NCBI GenBank assembly: GCA_964342265.1
Contig: CAYFFE010000001.1
Span: 4,362 to 68,361, forward strand
From: an uncultured Cellvibrionaceae bacterium
GTDB lineage: Bacteria > Pseudomonadota > Gammaproteobacteria > Pseudomonadales > Cellvibrionaceae
Reading direction: 5' to 3'
DNA: 64,000 bases
A program made the position numbers and the translations under genes. Shown here one piece after another: positions 28,936 to 38,471 of this stretch (position 1 is its first letter; every line of letters starts with the position of its first letter). The notes under the pieces are model-generated. The model was given only the letters and a program-made list of their open reading frames with translations, searched no databases and had not been told where the DNA came from.

Positions 28936-30324
28936 ATGAATGCAGTTTCATTGCTATCGGTCATTGCGGTGCTGGCGTTTCTGGCGTATCAGTTTAGCCG
29001 GCATCGCGCAGTTACTCAGGCGCGAGCGCTTGGCGGCCAACAGTTTCTTCACTCCCTGCCGCTCTATTACGGATTGCTATCGGCGCTGTGGTGTGTCATT
29101 CCAGCGCTGGCCATTGTGTTAATTTGGACGCTGGCCGACGACTGGTTTATTCGCCACTTAATCATCACGGGTTTGCCCGCCGAACAGCGCAATTTATCGG
29201 AATCGGAAATCGGCTTGCTGATGAGTTCGGTACAAAATATGGCCCAGGGCAACCCGTTGTTTGGCGAGCCCGATCCGGTGGTGGTTGCCGCCGCCGAACG
29301 ATTGCAATCCTATGCGCGCATTAATTTAATGGCCAAATCGGTGTTGGTGCTGGTGGTGGCGATGAGCTCGGCGTTAATCGTCTGGAGTAAAATTTCGCCC
29401 ACTTTGCGAGCTCGCCAACATGTGGAAAAAATATTCCAGTGGCTTTTGTTGTTATCGGCCACCGTGGCGATTTTCGTTACCATCGGCATTGTCTTGTCGG
29501 TACTGTTTGAAAGTATCCGCTTTTTTAACAGCGTGCCCGTTACCGAATTTATTTTTGGTACGCACTGGAGTCCGCAAATCGCTCTGCGCGAAGATCAGGT
29601 GGGTGGCTCCGGTAACTTTGGCGCGGTGCCACTGTTTACCGGCACGCTATTGATTTCTGCCATTGCCATGTTGGTGGCCGTGCCCACCGGTTTACTGGCC
29701 GCCATTTATCTTTCTGAATACGCCGATCGACGAGTGCGCAGTGTGGTAAAACCCATGCTCGAAGTGCTGGCCGGTATTCCCACGGTGGTGTACGGCTTTT
29801 TTGCCGCGTTAACCGTTGCACCGGCGGTGCGCGCAGGCTTCGAGAGCATTGGCTTGGAAGTGTCCTCCGAAAGTGCCTTGGCTGCCGGTGCTGTGATGGG
29901 CGTGATGATTATTCCGTTTGTGTCGTCGTTGTCCGACGACGTCATCAGCGCTGTGCCCAGCAGCATGCGCGACGGTTCCCTGGGGCTGGGTGCCACGCGA
30001 TCGGAAACCATTAAAAAAGTCATTATTCCGGCGGCGCTGCCGGGTATTGTTGGCGGAATTCTATTGGCCGTATCCCGAGCCATTGGTGAAACCATGATTG
30101 TGGTCATGGCGGCGGGACTGGCCGCTAATTTAACAATGAATCCGCTCGAGTCGGTAACCACGGTAACCGTGCAGATCGTAACCTTGCTCGTCGGCGATCA
30201 GGAATTCGACAGCCCCAAAACGCTGGCGGCGTTTGCGCTGGGATTAACACTGTTCGCCGCCACGTTGGTGCTGAATTTTATTGCTCTGCACATTGTGAAA
30301 CGCTATCGGGAGCAATATGAATAA
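28936..30324 (+). CDS. pstC: Phosphate ABC transporter permease
   Basis: LAGIPTVVYG, EAA-like loop, SRAIGETM. Confidence 0.96.
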   Translation: MNAVSLLSVIAVLAFLAYQFSRHRAVTQARALGGQQFLHSLPLYYGLLSALWCVIPALAIVLIWTLADDWFIRHLIITGLPAEQRNLSESEIGLLMSSVQNMAQGNPLFGEPDPVVVAAAERLQSYARINLMAKSVLVLVVAMSSALIVWSKISPTLRARQHVEKIFQWLLLLSATVAIFVTIGIVLSVLFESIRFFNSVPVTEFIFGTHWSPQIALREDQVGGSGNFGAVPLFTGTLLISAIAMLVAVPTGLLAAIYLSEYADRRVRSVVKPMLEVLAGIPTVVYGFFAALTVAPAVRAGFESIGLEVSSESALAAGAVMGVMIIPFVSSLSDDVISAVPSSMRDGSLGLGATRSETIKKVIIPAALPGIVGGILLAVSRAIGETMIVVMAAGLAANLTMNPLESVTTVTVQIVTLLVGDQEFDSPKTLAAFALGLTLFAATLVLNFIALHIVKRYREQYE

Positions 30325-31591
30325 TTCATCCACGAAAGAACAGGTTTATCGCAACCTGGCGCGGCGTCGCCGTGCCGAAAAGCGTTTTCGTTTTTACGGT
30401 ATTGCCTCTATTGGTTTTGGCTTGCTGTGTTTGGTGGTGCTGTTTACCGATATTATTTCTAAGGGCATTGGCGCTTTTTCCAGCCATTATTTGGAAATGG
30501 AAATCACCTTCGACGCCGAGCGATTGGAAATCACCGACGTTAATGATTCCACGCAAGTGATGTTGGCCAACTACACCGGAATTATTCGCGACAGCTTACA
30601 CAAAACCTTTCCGGAGGTGAGTCGTCGCTCGGATAAAAAACAGTTGTACCAATTGGTGAGCAATGGCGCGGGTTTTGATTTACAGCACAAGCTCGAAAAC
30701 AATCCCGAGCTGTTAGGCCAAACGGTAACCGTAAGCTTGCTGGCCGACGACGATGTGGATCTCTACGCAAAATATTATCGCAACAGCGACGAAGGCAGCC
30801 GGCTTACCGAGAAGCAGCAAGGCTGGGTGGACGAGTTACTGCAAACGCAACAACTCAAAAAACAATTAAGCCGTAAATTTTTTACCTCAGGCGATTCGCG
30901 CGAGCCAGAAATGGCCGGTATTCGCGGGGCGCTGTTGGGCTCGTTGTTTACCTTGCTGGTGACTTTTGCGCTGTCGTTTCCCATCGGCATTGCAGCGGCT
31001 ATTTATTTAGAAGAATACGCGCCGAAAAATCGCTGGACCGATTTTATCGAAGTGAACATCAATAATTTGGCGGCGGTGCCGTCGATTATTTACGGCTTAT
31101 TAGGCCTGGCGATCTTTATTAATTTTATGGGCATGCCGCGCTCCATTCCGTTAGTGGGCGGCTTGGTGTTAACGCTCATGACCTTGCCGACGATAATTAT
31201 TTCCAGCCGAGCGGCCATTAAATCGGTGCCGCCTTCCATTCGAGAAGCGGCACTGGGATTGGGCGCATCGCGCATGCAGGTGGTGTTGCACCATGTGTTG
31301 CCGTTGGCCATGCCAGGCATGCTCACCGGTGCCATTATCGGTATGGCTCAGGCGTTGGGCGAAACCGCGCCGCTATTAATGATTGGTATGGTGGCTTTTA
31401 TTGTCGATTTACCCGGTGGCATTACCGATCCGGCCACGGTTTTACCCGTGCAAATTTATTTGTGGGCCGACAGCCCCGAGCGTGCCTTTACCGAGCGCAC
31501 GTCTGCGGCCATTATGGTGCTCCTGGCGTTTTTGATTTTTATGAACACGCTAGCAGTACTGCTGCGCCGCCGACTCGAACGGCGCTGGTAG
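30317..31591 (+). CDS. pstA: Phosphate ABC transporter permease
   Basis: NLAAVPSIIYG, EAALGLGA, GETAPL. Confidence 0.96.
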   Translation: MNNSSTKEQVYRNLARRRRAEKRFRFYGIASIGFGLLCLVVLFTDIISKGIGAFSSHYLEMEITFDAERLEITDVNDSTQVMLANYTGIIRDSLHKTFPEVSRRSDKKQLYQLVSNGAGFDLQHKLENNPELLGQTVTVSLLADDDVDLYAKYYRNSDEGSRLTEKQQGWVDELLQTQQLKKQLSRKFFTSGDSREPEMAGIRGALLGSLFTLLVTFALSFPIGIAAAIYLEEYAPKNRWTDFIEVNINNLAAVPSIIYGLLGLAIFINFMGMPRSIPLVGGLVLTLMTLPTIIISSRAAIKSVPPSIREAALGLGASRMQVVLHHVLPLAMPGMLTGAIIGMAQALGETAPLLMIGMVAFIVDLPGGITDPATVLPVQIYLWADSPERAFTERTSAAIMVLLAFLIFMNTLAVLLRRRLERRW

Positions 31592-31644
31592 TTCTCAACA
31601 GTTAACACGCACATCGCGCCAAAGTTTTTATAACAGGTTTAATC

Positions 31645-32475
31645 ATGACGATTGCAGAAACAACAGACGCCAACAAACGACCCACCGGCGAAACCATTGG
31701 CAACCCCTATGTTGAGGAAAATGCCAAGTTCTCCATTCGTAACGTGGATGTTTTTTACGGCGAGAAACAAGCCATATACGACGTAAGCATGGACATCGCC
31801 CACAACGAAGTGGTGGCCATGATCGGCCCGTCCGGCTGTGGTAAATCAACGTTTTTGCGCTGTTTAAATCGCATGAACGACACCATTGAGGGTTGTCGCG
31901 TTAAAGGCTCGCTAAAGCTCGAAGATCAGGAAATAAACCACGCCAAAATGGACGTAGTACCGCTGCGCGCGCGGGTGGGTATTGTTTTTCAAAAACCCAA
32001 TCCGTTTCCCAAATCCATTTACGAAAACGTCGCCTACGGGCCGCGTATTCACGGTTTGGTGTCTAAGCGCACGGATATGGACGAGGTGGTCGAAACCAGC
32101 TTGCGTCGAGCCGGCCTTTGGGAAGAAGTCAAAGATCGCTTGGATGTGCCGGGCACCAGTTTGTCGGGTGGTCAGCAACAGCGTTTGTGCATTGCGCGCA
32201 CCATTGCCGTAAGCCCAGAAGTTATCTTAATGGACGAACCCTGCTCCGCCCTAGATCCCATCGCTACGGCTAAAATCGAGGAATTAATTGCCGAGCTGAG
32301 CAAGAATTTTACCATCGTCATCGTCACTCACTCCATGCAGCAGGCGGCCAGGGTTTCCAAGCGAACAGCCTACTTCCACCTTGGAAAATTGGTAGAAGTG
32401 AACGATACTGAAAAAGTATTTACTAATCCTGGCCACCAATTAACAGAAGCCTACATCACCGGTCGCTTTGGCTAA
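31645..32475 (+). CDS. pstB: Phosphate ABC transporter ATPase
   Basis: [31 protein letters not shown]. Confidence 0.97.
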   Translation: MTIAETTDANKRPTGETIGNPYVEENAKFSIRNVDVFYGEKQAIYDVSMDIAHNEVVAMIGPSGCGKSTFLRCLNRMNDTIEGCRVKGSLKLEDQEINHAKMDVVPLRARVGIVFQKPNPFPKSIYENVAYGPRIHGLVSKRTDMDEVVETSLRRAGLWEEVKDRLDVPGTSLSGGQQQRLCIARTIAVSPEVILMDEPCSALDPIATAKIEELIAELSKNFTIVIVTHSMQQAARVSKRTAYFHLGKLVEVNDTEKVFTNPGHQLTEAYITGRFG

Positions 32476-32516
32476 GTGCATCCGGTGCACTTTAACCATT
32501 GCCGACTCTAACGCCT

Positions 32517-33248
32517 ATGAACAAACTCAGCTTCGATCAACACATCTCCCGACAGTACAACACCGATCTGGAAGATCTGCGTACTGAACTGTTGGAAATG
32601 GGCGGACTGGTACAAGAGCAGGTGCGCGACGGTATTTTAGCCATCAGCAATGCCGACGCCGATATTGCCCGGCGCGTGATTGATGTGGAAGACGAAGTAG
32701 ACGACCGAGAGTTGGCGCTGGACGAACATTGCACCTCGATCTTGGCGCGTCGTCAGCCTGCGGCTTCCGATTTGCGCATGGTGTTGGCGGTGTCGAAAAT
32801 TACCCGCGATTTAGAACGTATGGGCGACGAGGCCTGCAAAGTGGCGAAAATGACCGTGGCATTGGTGGAAGACGGCGGCAACGCTCAGGGCTACGTGGAA
32901 TTGCGTCATTTGGGCCAAAGTGTGTTGCACATGGTGGACGAAATGCTCAACGCCTTTGCGCGGTTAGACGTAGAAGGTGCCATGGCCGTGGCTCGTGAAG
33001 ACAAACAAGTCGACCGTGAATACAAATCCGCGACCCGAGAATTAATCACCTTTATGATGGAAGATCCCCGCTCCATCGGTAGGGTGATGAATGTCATGTG
33101 GGCGCTTCGAGCCATCGAGCGCATCGGCGACCACGCCCGCAACATCTCCGAACACATCATCTACCTGGTAAAAGGCCTGGATGTTCGCCATACCAGCGTG
33201 TCTGAAATGGAGCGCCAGATTAGCGAGTCCGATCAACAGCAGCCTTAG
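32517..33248 (+). CDS. phoU: Phosphate signalling protein
   Basis: HISRQY, RRQPAASDLR, ERIGDHA.N. Confidence 0.97.
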   Translation: MNKLSFDQHISRQYNTDLEDLRTELLEMGGLVQEQVRDGILAISNADADIARRVIDVEDEVDDRELALDEHCTSILARRQPAASDLRMVLAVSKITRDLERMGDEACKVAKMTVALVEDGGNAQGYVELRHLGQSVLHMVDEMLNAFARLDVEGAMAVAREDKQVDREYKSATRELITFMMEDPRSIGRVMNVMWALRAIERIGDHARNISEHIIYLVKGLDVRHTSVSEMERQISESDQQQP

Positions 33249-33278
33249 CTGTTGGGTTCGGAGTGCTGCTTAGCCGAC

Positions 33279-33428
33279 TTATTTGGATTCCTTTAATTTT
33301 TGTTCGTAGTGACGATTTTCTTTAATACGAGCAATACGAGCGACTTCTTCTTGCGTTGCCAGCTCGCCAGATTCATTGATGTATACATATTCTTTTCTGG
33401 ACTTAGACGCGATTAACGTCGTGCACAC
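33279..33428 (-). pseudogene. Short ORF or 3' gene remnant (49 aa)
   Basis: Hand translation ...SKSRKEYVYINESGELATQEEVARIARIKENRHYEQKLKESK*; the only start (GTG) lies inside the attC-like site. Confidence 0.35.
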
Positions 33429-33491
33429 TGGCCGACCGCAGGTGGCGTAAGCAGATCCGGGCCGACCGCCGATGGCGTTGTCTTGTTATGC
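33411..33491 (-). mobile_element. Degenerate attC-like site
   Basis: Minus strand GCATAACAAG (contains the upstream gene's stop) ... GC-rich core ... GTGTGCACGACGTTAATC; 81 bp; internal palindromy is poor. Confidence 0.4.
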
Positions 33492-33821
33492 TTGAGCTCC
33501 AAAATGCCTAAAATATACAAGCAAAGCTGTAGACCATAAAAGAAAAATACCAAAATAGATGCTTGTAAAAACCAGCAAACAAGTAAAAACCTGCCTGATA
33601 TATTTTGACTCTAAATACCTACCTTTGGCAGCCAATAATGTAGCAATTGATATGCATACAAACGCCATGAATACGCAGCTAAAAGTACCCACATGATTCA
33701 GCTTGTGAAAGAAGCTTCCCTGAACCATGTACATTACGTATATCGAAGCAAAAAATGCTGCAATACCAAATAACGCTAGTGGTAGAGAAATGCCTAACCA
33801 AAAATATTGCGATTTATTCAT
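33486..33821 (-). CDS. AT-rich hypothetical membrane protein (three TM helices)
   Basis: 111-aa hydrophobic ORF, visibly more AT-rich than its neighbours. Confidence 0.65.
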   Translation of the reverse strand: MNKSQYFWLGISLPLALFGIAAFFASIYVMYMVQGSFFHKLNHVGTFSCVFMAFVCISIATLLAAKGRYLESKYIRQVFTCLLVFTSIYFGIFLLWSTALLVYFRHFGAQA

Positions 33822-33913
33822 ACTTGGGCTTATAGCAGCTTGCGGCCGTTTAAAGTAAGCCGTATCCGCAAATGGGGCTCATCAAGAACCCACTAGACCG
33901 AATGCGTTTCACA

Positions 33914-34798
33914 CTACGCCTCACATTGCTCCGGCTTACCTTCAGCCACGGCCAATAAACACCGCTTGATGAGGTCTGTGCTGTGCATTTGTAGGAAGTG
34001 GTCGGTATCGGGCAGTTTGAGGACGTGGGCGGTGTCTTGGTTGAGCACGGTTTCGGCAAAGTCGGCATTGGCGGGATTAACCAGTGGGTCTTCGAGCCCC
34101 TGCACCACAACGGTGGGGATACTCAGGTCTTGCCAGCGCGGCTGCAGTTTGGCCATTTGATCTGACAGGGCATACATCTCCACATTGGCCGCGCGCAGGG
34201 GTTTGCCCACCATGCGCTTAACCAACCAAGTATTGGCGACTCGATTGTACCAGCGGGGTTTTACCAGTTCGGGATCGAGCCCGGCCGAGAATATCGCCAG
34301 ACCATCGATGCAGTGCGGAAAATCCGCCGCAATGGCCGGAACCACCGAGCCGCCCCAGGAATGGCCGGCCAAAATGAGCGGTACGTCGGGGTGTTGTAAC
34401 TTAAGCTGGTGCAAGAGCGGTCGGATCAGCTGAGCGATGGTGGCAAAATCGGTGACTAAACGCGGCTCATCGCGGTATTGCGAGCTACCCCAGCCTGGGC
34501 GATCAATCGACACCACTAAACTCGACTCTGTAAATTCCCGATCGCGAATCAATCCGCCAACATCGGCCCAATTGCCCGGTGTGCCGTGCACCCACACCAC
34601 AATGGCTTTCTCGGCGTGGCCAAACTGACGGTAATGCAGGGTAAAATCCTCAACTTCCAGCGTATAAGGCGCCAGTGATGGATCGCTCTGCAAATCGCGC
34701 ATCAGTGCCAGATGATCTTGCAGCGGCGATTGCGAAGAGCAGGCGTTGGTGAATAGGGTTATAAAGGCCAAAGTGGTGAGAACAAGGGTTTTGCGCAC
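33914..34798 (-). CDS. Alpha/beta hydrolase, probable lipoprotein
   Basis: Lipobox-like TNAC, HGTPG, DRPGWG, GHSWGG nucleophile elbow, D and H of the catalytic triad. Confidence 0.9.
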   Translation of the reverse strand: MRKTLVLTTLAFITLFTNACSSQSPLQDHLALMRDLQSDPSLAPYTLEVEDFTLHYRQFGHAEKAIVVWVHGTPGNWADVGGLIRDREFTESSLVVSIDRPGWGSSQYRDEPRLVTDFATIAQLIRPLLHQLKLQHPDVPLILAGHSWGGSVVPAIAADFPHCIDGLAIFSAGLDPELVKPRWYNRVANTWLVKRMVGKPLRAANVEMYALSDQMAKLQPRWQDLSIPTVVVQGLEDPLVNPANADFAETVLNQDTAHVLKLPDTDHFLQMHSTDLIKRCLLAVAEGKPEQCEA

Positions 34799-35183
34799 GG
34801 TTTACCTATGCTAGCGTCAGTGAAAAGTAGAAGGCTACAGAGTTATAAACCAAGAGTTATAAACCAATTGAGCGATGGGTTGATCACAAATCGATGGATT
34901 TTTACCATCTCATTTCAATCGCCGAGCGTAGTTTAACGTCGAGTCATTCGGTTTACATCAAATTGATACCAGACAACTGAGTTTAATTTTCACCACCCGG
35001 TGGTTTGTGGGTATAATCCCGCGGCAAATCCAGCAGCCGCCACAGGTTGGCAAGGCTCTCTGGCACAGGGAAGAATTCGACCAGGCAAACAGCAAACAGG
35101 GTTCAACCCCAAACCGGCGACCAATGCAAGGCAGCACTGCGTCCGGCGAGAACCCATTAACCGGCTCCTGAGGGAAAATTGAG

Positions 35184-35627
35184 ATGGTAAAAGACCAACC
35201 CAGCAAGAAATTACGCGGCCTTATGGCCTTGGCCGTATTGGCGATGATCACGGTATTGACCAGTGCCGTGGCCAGCGCAAAAGATCCAAACGAAGCCATC
35301 GCCGAGCGCATAGCGCCTGTGGGTGATTTGTGTATGTCTGGCGATGATTGCGCCGCCGCACCGGTGGCTGCAGCCCCCGCCGAGCCTCGCTCGGGCGAGC
35401 AAGTTTACAATACGGCCTGTACAACCTGTCATGCCGTGGGCGTATCCGGTGCACCGCGCTTAGGCGAGCCGGGCGATTGGACAGCGCGCATCGCTCAAGG
35501 CGAAGACGTCTTGTTCGATCACGCTTGGAACGGTTTTAACGCCATGCCTGCCAAAGGCCTGTGTACCGATTGTTCCGAAGACGAAATCAAAGCGGCCATT
35601 GCCTATATGCTGGAAAACAGCCAGTAA
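35184..35627 (+). CDS. Cytochrome c5 family protein
   Basis: Signal peptide, ERIAPVG, CTTCH heme site, GAP, MPAKGLC..C. Confidence 0.93.
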   Translation: MVKDQPSKKLRGLMALAVLAMITVLTSAVASAKDPNEAIAERIAPVGDLCMSGDDCAAAPVAAAPAEPRSGEQVYNTACTTCHAVGVSGAPRLGEPGDWTARIAQGEDVLFDHAWNGFNAMPAKGLCTDCSEDEIKAAIAYMLENSQ

Positions 35628-35665
35628 GGATCGCACAAAAACACTGGCAAGCGTTGGTTCAATAC

Positions 35666-37558
35666 TCAGTCTGCCAACGCTTCCAGGGTTTCGGTGGTTT
35701 CCAGCCATTGTTCCTCACACTCTTCCAACCGATTGCGCAGCGTGCCCTGCTGTTTAACCAGACCCTGTAATTCATCCGCGCGACTGGCGTCGTTGTACAG
35801 TGCGGTATCGCCCAGTTGTTGTTCCAGTTCGGCCAAGCGCGATTGCAATTGATCAATTTCTTTTTCGAGTTTTTTTAACGCCTGAGTCAGCGGCTTTAAT
35901 TGCTGGCGCTTATTGGCAGCTTGCTGTCGGGCTTCTTTTTTATCGACTTTTACGCCGGAGTTTTTTTCCTGGGTGCTGGGGCGAGTATTGGATTTATTGT
36001 TTTGGCTGAGCCAATTTTGATAATCCTGCAGGCTGCCATCAAACGGCTCCACGCTGCCGGCGTGTACCAACAAAAATTCATCCACGGTATTTTTTAACAA
36101 ATGCCGATCGTGAGAAATCACCACAATGCCACCGCTAAAAGCCTGTAGCGCGAGAGTCAAGGCGTGGCGGACTTCCAAATCTAAATGGTTGGTGGGCTCA
36201 TCAAGCAACAACAAATTGGGTTTTTGCCAGGCGATTAAAGCCAGCGCTAGGCGTGCTTTTTCGCCGCCAGAAAAAAAGCGAATGGTTTCCAGGGCGCGGT
36301 CGCCAATAAAACCAAAACTGCCCAAAAAATTGCGAATGTCTTGTTCGCGGGCTTTGGGCGATAAACGTTGAATATGCAACGCACAAGAAGCATCTAAATC
36401 CAACGCTTCCATTTGATGCTGGTGATAATAGCCAATGCGCAAGTGTTCGCCGGCAACACGACTGCCGCTAACAGGCGTGAGTTCGCCGGTGAGTGCTTTG
36501 ATGAGCGTCGATTTACCCGCGCCGTTAGCGCCCAGCAAACCGATGCGGCTGTCCACCGATAGCGTTAAATTTACGTTGTTGAGCGTGGGCGATTGATCGT
36601 AGCCAATAGTGGCTTGGCTCAAACTTAACAGTGGTGTGGAAATTTTTTCGGCACAGGGAATGTTAAAACTGAATTGGGAATCCACATGGGCCGGGGCAAT
36701 GGTGGCCATGCGCTCCAATTCTTTGAGTCGACTCTGCGCTTGTTTGGCTTTGGTGGCTTTGGCTCGAAAGCGCCGCACAAAATCTTCAATCTCGGCGCGA
36801 CGCTGTTGCTGTTTCTCGAAGGCTTGTTGCTGCTGAGCCAAACGATCGGCTTTTTGGGTCTCAAAGCTGGAATAATTGCCGGTATAAAATTGCAATTGCT
36901 GTTGCTCAAAACTTACGACTTCGCCAATAACATTGTCGAGAAAATCCCGATCGTGGGAAATGATTAGCAGAGTACCTTTATAAGCTTGCAGCCAAGCTTC
37001 CAGCCACAAGGTGGTATCCAAATCCAAGTGGTTGGTGGGTTCGTCGAGCAGTAATAAATCCGATGGGCTCATTAAAGCTTGTGCAAGATTTAAACGAATT
37101 CGCCAGCCGCCGGAAAAATCTTTTACCGGGCGATTAAAGTCATCGTCGCTAAAACCGAGTCCGGATAACAATTGTGCAGCGCGCGCCGGGGCACTGTAGC
37201 CGTCGATTTCTTCGAGGCGAGCGTAGCAACGGCTTAATTGCTCACCATCGCTCTGGTGTTGTTCGATGTCTTGCTCTATTTCTCGCAGAACTTTATCGCC
37301 ATCAATTACAAAATCCAGTGCGGTGCGCGGGCTATCGGCGGTTTCCTGAGCCATGTGCGCAATACGCCAGTCGCCGGGTATGTGCATATCGCCGGCGTCG
37401 TGGCTGATTTTGCCGAGCAGTAATTGGAATAGCGTGGATTTACCGCTGCCGTTAGCGCCGATAATGCCCAGTTTATGGCCGGGATACACACGCAGACTGG
37501 CGTCTTCCAGGAGAACTTTGTGGCCGCGTTGAACGCGAATTTGGTTAAGATTAATCAT
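35666..37558 (-). CDS. yheS: ABC-F family ATPase
   Basis: Two ABC domains (GANGSGKS, GANGAGKS), FSGGWR, DEPTNHLD, C-terminal coiled coil; start MINL at 37558. Confidence 0.92.
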   Translation of the reverse strand: MINLNQIRVQRGHKVLLEDASLRVYPGHKLGIIGANGSGKSTLFQLLLGKISHDAGDMHIPGDWRIAHMAQETADSPRTALDFVIDGDKVLREIEQDIEQHQSDGEQLSRCYARLEEIDGYSAPARAAQLLSGLGFSDDDFNRPVKDFSGGWRIRLNLAQALMSPSDLLLLDEPTNHLDLDTTLWLEAWLQAYKGTLLIISHDRDFLDNVIGEVVSFEQQQLQFYTGNYSSFETQKADRLAQQQQAFEKQQQRRAEIEDFVRRFRAKATKAKQAQSRLKELERMATIAPAHVDSQFSFNIPCAEKISTPLLSLSQATIGYDQSPTLNNVNLTLSVDSRIGLLGANGAGKSTLIKALTGELTPVSGSRVAGEHLRIGYYHQHQMEALDLDASCALHIQRLSPKAREQDIRNFLGSFGFIGDRALETIRFFSGGEKARLALALIAWQKPNLLLLDEPTNHLDLEVRHALTLALQAFSGGIVVISHDRHLLKNTVDEFLLVHAGSVEPFDGSLQDYQNWLSQNNKSNTRPSTQEKNSGVKVDKKEARQQAANKRQQLKPLTQALKKLEKEIDQLQSRLAELEQQLGDTALYNDASRADELQGLVKQQGTLRNRLEECEEQWLETTETLEALAD

Positions 37559-37714
37559 TGCACCATTGTACCTGCCCGAGACTCGATTGCGCATCTGCTA
37601 TTGAAAAGTCACCGCAATAAAAATTAACCTGTACTTTGGCAGCCGCTAGACTTGAGTCTCAACACAGACTTTAAATTCAAGCCCCTAAACCGCACACAGG
37701 GAGGCAACCCCAAG

Positions 37715-38161
37715 GTGTCAGCCCATTTATTGGACAACCCCTTTTGGCAATTTGCCCTCCGTTGCTACAGTCGGCCCGGCAATGCGGCCTTTTGTTTAAA
37801 ACTGCAGGATGAATATCGGGTAAATGTAAATGTGCTGTTGTTCAGCGCTTGGCTTGCGCAGAGCGACCGTTCGTTGCCGCGCAGGGATTGGAATGCATTA
37901 ACGCAGCAACTGCAGCCGTGGCAGCAGCGAACCGAACAAATTCGAGTATTAAGACGCGCGCTAAAGCCGTTTAATCATCGCGCGGAGGGCAATAATTTGT
38001 ACAAAGCCGTTAAGCGATTGGAATTAATCAGTGAGCAATATCAGCAATATTTAATGTGGCGGGCTGCCGCTTATTCAAAGACTGGGGGGGATGCTTGGCA
38101 GTGTTTGATCGAGGATTACAACATTGGCCAATTTAAGCGTGAATTGTTAAAGCTTCAGTAA
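37715..38161 (+). CDS. TIGR02444 family protein
   Basis: FWQFAL..Y, CL.LQD...NVN.LL...W, LRR.LK, ELISE; divergent from yheS as in related taxa. Confidence 0.8.
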   Translation: MSAHLLDNPFWQFALRCYSRPGNAAFCLKLQDEYRVNVNVLLFSAWLAQSDRSLPRRDWNALTQQLQPWQQRTEQIRVLRRALKPFNHRAEGNNLYKAVKRLELISEQYQQYLMWRAAAYSKTGGDAWQCLIEDYNIGQFKRELLKLQ

Positions 38162-38284
38162 TAATGATGTGATAGCGCAAAAGGCGATGGGTAAGTCGGT
38201 ACTACGCCACTCAAACAATTAATTGGATTGATTCTTTGCAGTCCAGCTCTCGCAGACCGCTAATAATAAAAGCGTAGCCGATAA

Positions 38285-38320
38285 AACAAAAAGGCCACTG
38301 AATTCAGTGGCCTTTTTGTT
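38285..38320. terminator. Bidirectional intrinsic terminator
   Basis: AACAAAAAGGCCACTG-AATT-CAGTGGCCTTTTTGTT, a perfect palindrome between convergent genes. Confidence 0.85.
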
Positions 38321-38471
38321 TGCCGACACTGGCATTTAAACATCCCTGTGTTGCCTTTATTTCTGTTCAAAAGCTTGTTAACCCAAAACTCATTTTTGCT
38401 CACACCCGCTTTACTTAAAGCCCAATGGCCAACCGCGGGTATAAGCAAAATACCACGGTTTATTTCGAGAA

